Positions 35,204-37,899 of a DNA stretch of 37,899 nucleotides are shown piece after piece; position 1 is the stretch's first letter; each line of letters opens with the position of its first letter. Made by a program: the position numbers and the translations under genes. This stretch comes from a virus. Lineage: Duplodnaviria > Caudoviricetes. The stretch spans positions 1-37,899 of IMG/VR virus record IMGVR_UViG_3300019874_000016; one strand, given 5' to 3'. The notes beneath the pieces are model-generated. The model did not search any database. It saw nothing but the letters and a program-made list of their open reading frames with translations, and was not told the origin of the DNA.

Positions 35204-35446
35204 TTAATCATCTTCTGTAATCATAGATTGCCCATTCCATATATACTTCTTCATTTTCTCTTTGGGGCATTTGTGGATATAAAATTCATAGGGTTTTTTT
35301 CTGCATTCTTCACAAAATAGATATGAATGATCCGGATGCAATTTTTCTATTTTTCCTTTTGAACTCCCACACATACGACAAGAAATATTAAGATGGGAGT
35401 ATTTTTTCTGCACCTTGAGCAACTTATCAATTAATTTAGGTTTCAA
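35204..35446 (-). CDS. Small C4 zinc-finger protein
   Basis: CRMC...CEEC. Confidence 0.55.
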   Translation of the reverse strand: MKPKLIDKLLKVQKKYSHLNISCRMCGSSKGKIEKLHPDHSYLFCEECRKKPYEFYIHKCPKEKMKKYIWNGQSMITEDD

Positions 35447-35449
35447 TGA

Positions 35450-35755
35450 TTACCCCAACCAAGGCTCTTTGCCTTTTTTTTTCTGTGGGAAGGAACAATA
35501 TGCCCATTCCAAGACTTTCCCGGTATCAAATCCCATCTCTTCTATGTTTATAGATCCTTCTATGACTACTATCCAATTGCCATTCTGTATCCTTCTCTTA
35601 TCTCTACAAGGCTCTCCAAATATCTCCCAATAGCATAGAGCAGTGCTTCCATAAGCATCACAGCAAGCATATATGCCATCTTCTGTGGGTTGTTCATCTT
35701 TGTATTTAATAAATTGCATTTTATTTTCTGTTTTTGTATTTTGAAAACGTTTCAC
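35450..35755 (-). CDS. Hypothetical protein (DUF551-like; likely start MQFIKY)
   Basis: I...DEQP...G.Y...V..W...P pattern. Confidence 0.55.
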   Translation of the reverse strand: MKRFQNTKTENKMQFIKYKDEQPTEDGIYACCDAYGSTALCYWEIFGEPCRDKRRIQNGNWIVVIEGSINIEEMGFDTGKVLEWAYCSFPQKKKGKEPWLG

Positions 35756-35792
35756 ATTGAATATACAATTAATCCTGTATTTCGGTAATTTT

Positions 35793-35813
35793 CCCCACAG
35801 GCGGTCTGTGGGG
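35793..35813. terminator. Hairpin CCCCACAG-GCGGT-CTGTGGGG
   Basis: 8-bp stem, T tract on the + strand; member of a three-copy family. Confidence 0.55.
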
Positions 35814-35816
35814 TTT

Positions 35817-36056
35817 TTATTTCTCGCTTAGCTTTCTTTTGAAGTAGTGCATACAAGCCTCGACGAGAGCTATTCCGACTTGTCTTTCAGCATGTTCTAA
35901 ATCAGGTGTCTTTATTAGATCTAAAGCTCCTAGTAGGATATCATCTATCGTCTTTTCGAATTCGTTCATCGTGTTCTTTCCATAGTTTTTTCTGTTCCTT
36001 TGTAGATTCGCACAGAGATTTAAAGATCTTATCAATAGTCTTTTCATCAATATCAT
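35817..36056 (-). CDS. Hypothetical protein (likely start MNEFEK)
   Basis: Overlap-coupled in the early operon. Confidence 0.5.
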   Translation of the reverse strand: MILMKRLLIRSLNLCANLQRNRKNYGKNTMNEFEKTIDDILLGALDLIKTPDLEHAERQVGIALVEACMHYFKRKLSEK

Positions 36057-36201
36057 TAGTGCAGCAGTAGTCTTTTAGATAATTAGCGCATGTATTAAAT
36101 CCCTCTCTAGGACTGATATTATTTAACTTAAAACTTTCTACTAGTAGTGAAATACCTTTATCTACAACGTCAGCTAGATCTTGTACTTTTTTATCTACCA
36201 C
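35941..36201 (-). CDS. Hypothetical protein
   Basis: GTG start with SD GGGAGG. Confidence 0.6.
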   Translation of the reverse strand: MVDKKVQDLADVVDKGISLLVESFKLNNISPREGFNTCANYLKDYCCTNDIDEKTIDKIFKSLCESTKEQKKLWKEHDERIRKDDR

Positions 36202-36409
36202 ACGCCTCCCAAAACACGCTCCTCATTCCTATCAAAAGTTCCTCAAATTCAATTTCAGTTTGTGACTCTTGAATACAAATATGAGTCATTAATAACATTA
36301 ATGCAGCTACAACATGATTTGGATTATATCCTTTTTGTAAAAACAGCTTAGTAAATTTTTTGTATATTAAATCTGTCTGTTCGCATTCAGACAACTTATT
36401 TTCTTCCAT
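36191..36409 (-). CDS. Hypothetical protein
   Basis: SD GGAGG. Confidence 0.65.
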   Translation of the reverse strand: MEENKLSECEQTDLIYKKFTKLFLQKGYNPNHVVAALMLLMTHICIQESQTEIEFEELLIGMRSVFWEACGR

Positions 36410-36420
36410 ATACCTCCAAT

Positions 36421-36449
36421 AAAAAACCCCACAGCTTGGGACTGTGGGG
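36421..36449 (-). terminator. Rho-independent terminator CCCCACAG-N7-CTGTGGGG-TTTTTT
   Basis: 8-bp GC stem plus U6 on the minus strand. Confidence 0.7.
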
Positions 36450-36516
36450 CTAGGATTAAGACTTCATTCCCCTTAATAATAATCGTTCGTTTTTTTTAGT
36501 CAAAGGCAATTTCTTT

Positions 36517-36759
36517 TTACCAGAAAGATAAAGCAACGCTTTTCTTTTTAGTATAACGTCTGCGCGCCGTTGGCTTATTTTTAGGACGTTCAATTTTTCC
36601 CCACTCTTGTATATTTTTATCAAACACCTTACCGCACCCGCGGCAACATATCTCATTTGCGCCAGGATCGAATAGGTCTAGTTGAGTGCATATTCCAGTC
36701 TTCTTTCCGCAAGGGCATGGTATTTGGGTCATTAGCCTTCCTTTAAGGATGGCAAACAT
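36517..36759 (-). CDS. Small Cys-rich basic protein (likely start MTQIPC)
   Basis: CPCG...C...CRGCG; SD AAAGGAAGG. Confidence 0.5.
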   Translation of the reverse strand: MFAILKGRLMTQIPCPCGKKTGICTQLDLFDPGANEICCRGCGKVFDKNIQEWGKIERPKNKPTARRRYTKKKSVALSFW

Positions 36760-37429
36760 ATTCTTGTTCCTGGTTTGTAGGCAATATGCATTCTCTAAAC
36801 TCTTCTTTAGTCATTTCTATATATAACTGTTCAGGAGGTGTTTTATTCTGTAAGCATTCATAGAAATATCGAGCTTGATCTATCAAACGTAAGATATAAC
36901 GATCATCTCTATGAACAACACAATTTTTTATGATTCCGTTTACATACTCTATGTAATGCCACTCTTTTGCTCCGCTCACTGCCATGCAATGCTGTACCTG
37001 AGCATAATATTTTATTGGAATCAAACTACCGTAGATTTCTGAACTAAACATCCTTGGACACTTTATTTCCAGGCCATCTATGTGTTTTTCTTCTAATCCC
37101 TCAAAAGATATCTCCCTAAATCCATCGCAGCTACATATGAGCCAGGGATATTCTATGCTTTCTAAGCAGACAGGTAAATACTCCCTATTCTGCATCTGCA
37201 TAAACATCCTAAGGGCTATATCTTCATTATCTATGCCCCTTTGTATATGTTCATTCATCACAGTAGGAATTTCATTAATGAGCTTATCATATAGATCAAT
37301 ACAGGATTGATAAGGGTTTTGTCCCATAATTGATGGCATAATGCTGGCGCTAATTTTACCTTTGCGCCAAGCAAACCATTCAGGTGTACGTTGCTGAATA
37401 TCGATTATTTTATACTTCATGATGCACAC
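36743..37429 (-). CDS. YqaJ-like (lambda Exo family) exonuclease
   Basis: QRTPEWF.WR.GKISAS, G...E..A, SCDG, LEIKCP and YYAQVQH.M.VSG motifs; partner of RecT. Confidence 0.9.
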   Translation of the reverse strand: MCIMKYKIIDIQQRTPEWFAWRKGKISASIMPSIMGQNPYQSCIDLYDKLINEIPTVMNEHIQRGIDNEDIALRMFMQMQNREYLPVCLESIEYPWLICSCDGFREISFEGLEEKHIDGLEIKCPRMFSSEIYGSLIPIKYYAQVQHCMAVSGAKEWHYIEYVNGIIKNCVVHRDDRYILRLIDQARYFYECLQNKTPPEQLYIEMTKEEFRECILPTNQEQEYVCHP

Positions 37430-37668
37430 AGTCCTTCTATTTCTTCCAAAGCAAGCTCAGGAGGTAATATTCTCTGAATGATTAATATTGCCTTTATGAT
37501 GGACACTTCTTTATTTATAAGGGCAAGTTCTTTGTCAAGTTTGTATATCTTTTCATTAACAGAGTTAAAACCATTATTCATATACATTACAGAGGCCACT
37601 ACGGCCCCCAATACTACTACTGTATCTACATGTTTCTTAATCCAATTATTCATCGACTGCATCCTCAA
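37417..37668 (-). CDS. Single-TM coiled-coil protein (likely start MNNWIK)
   Basis: VDTVVVLGAVVASVMYM TM followed by a heptad repeat. Confidence 0.65.
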   Translation of the reverse strand: MRMQSMNNWIKKHVDTVVVLGAVVASVMYMNNGFNSVNEKIYKLDKELALINKEVSIIKAILIIQRILPPELALEEIEGLCAS

Positions 37669-37899
37669 TTGTTTCTGCTTCTACATATTCTTGTTTAGAA
37701 GGCCTAGCATTCTTCCTGGCATGAGCTATCAACTTATCGAATAGCTTGTCATCTAACTCTGATAGGCTAGACACAGCTTGCCAAGCGAATAGTTTTACTA
37801 GGAAAGTCTTATCATCACCGATGGCATCTTCTAGTTCTTTAACATGCTCAGAAGTCATGATCTTTTTTTCTTCATACTTAACCTCTTCAACAACTTCTA
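37646..37899 (-). CDS. RecT-like recombinase, 3' part
   Basis: In-frame continuation (...AVEVVEEVKYEEKKIMTSEHVKELEDAIG...) whether or not the 9-nt terminal duplication is collapsed. Confidence 0.8.
   Translation of the reverse strand, partial: EVVEEVKYEEKKIMTSEHVKELEDAIGDDKTFLVKLFAWQAVSSLSELDDKLFDKLIAHARKNARPSKQEYVEAETIEDAVDE

Noticed and set aside
36456-36656. Alternative ORF overlapping 36517-36759
   Set aside because: Largely overlaps a better-supported Cys-rich ORF that has an SD; cannot be supported independently.
37891-37899. Terminal 9-mer as an attL/attR core
   Set aside because: It lies inside recT, far from the integrase; assembly overlap is more likely.

Overview
The window looks like a complete, circularly permuted ~37.9 kb genome of an AT-rich temperate podovirus-like tailed phage. 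The first and last 9 nt are identical, and a RecT-like gene reads in frame across the junction. A rightward late arm (2600-28808) encodes TerS, TerL, a P22-like portal, scaffold, an N4-gp56-type capsid, tail tubular and ejection proteins, and modular tail fibres/spikes with an embedded glycosyltransferase. It is interrupted by a leftward cassette (RHH protein, PD-(D/E)XK nuclease-like ORF, tRNA-Asn, membrane protein). A leftward early arm encodes RecT, YqaJ exonuclease, a C5 DNA methyltransferase, a SpoVG-like protein and an HTH replication protein. There is also a tyrosine integrase, a Cro-like HTH protein and GroES. No endolysin or CI repressor is recognisable. The strongest lead is the methyltransferase: its catalytic motif reads GFP(CCG)-TGA-GGA-AAA-TGA-P(CCA)-CQD, which looks like a programmed ribosomal hop. 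The same gene carries an in-frame HTH-HNH nuclease without intein or intron features, plus an overlapping motif-IX 'beta' frame. The large terminase also has no ATG/GTG/TTG upstream of its Walker A motif, implying an AUA start or a second hop. All calls come from reading motifs by eye; no searches were run.
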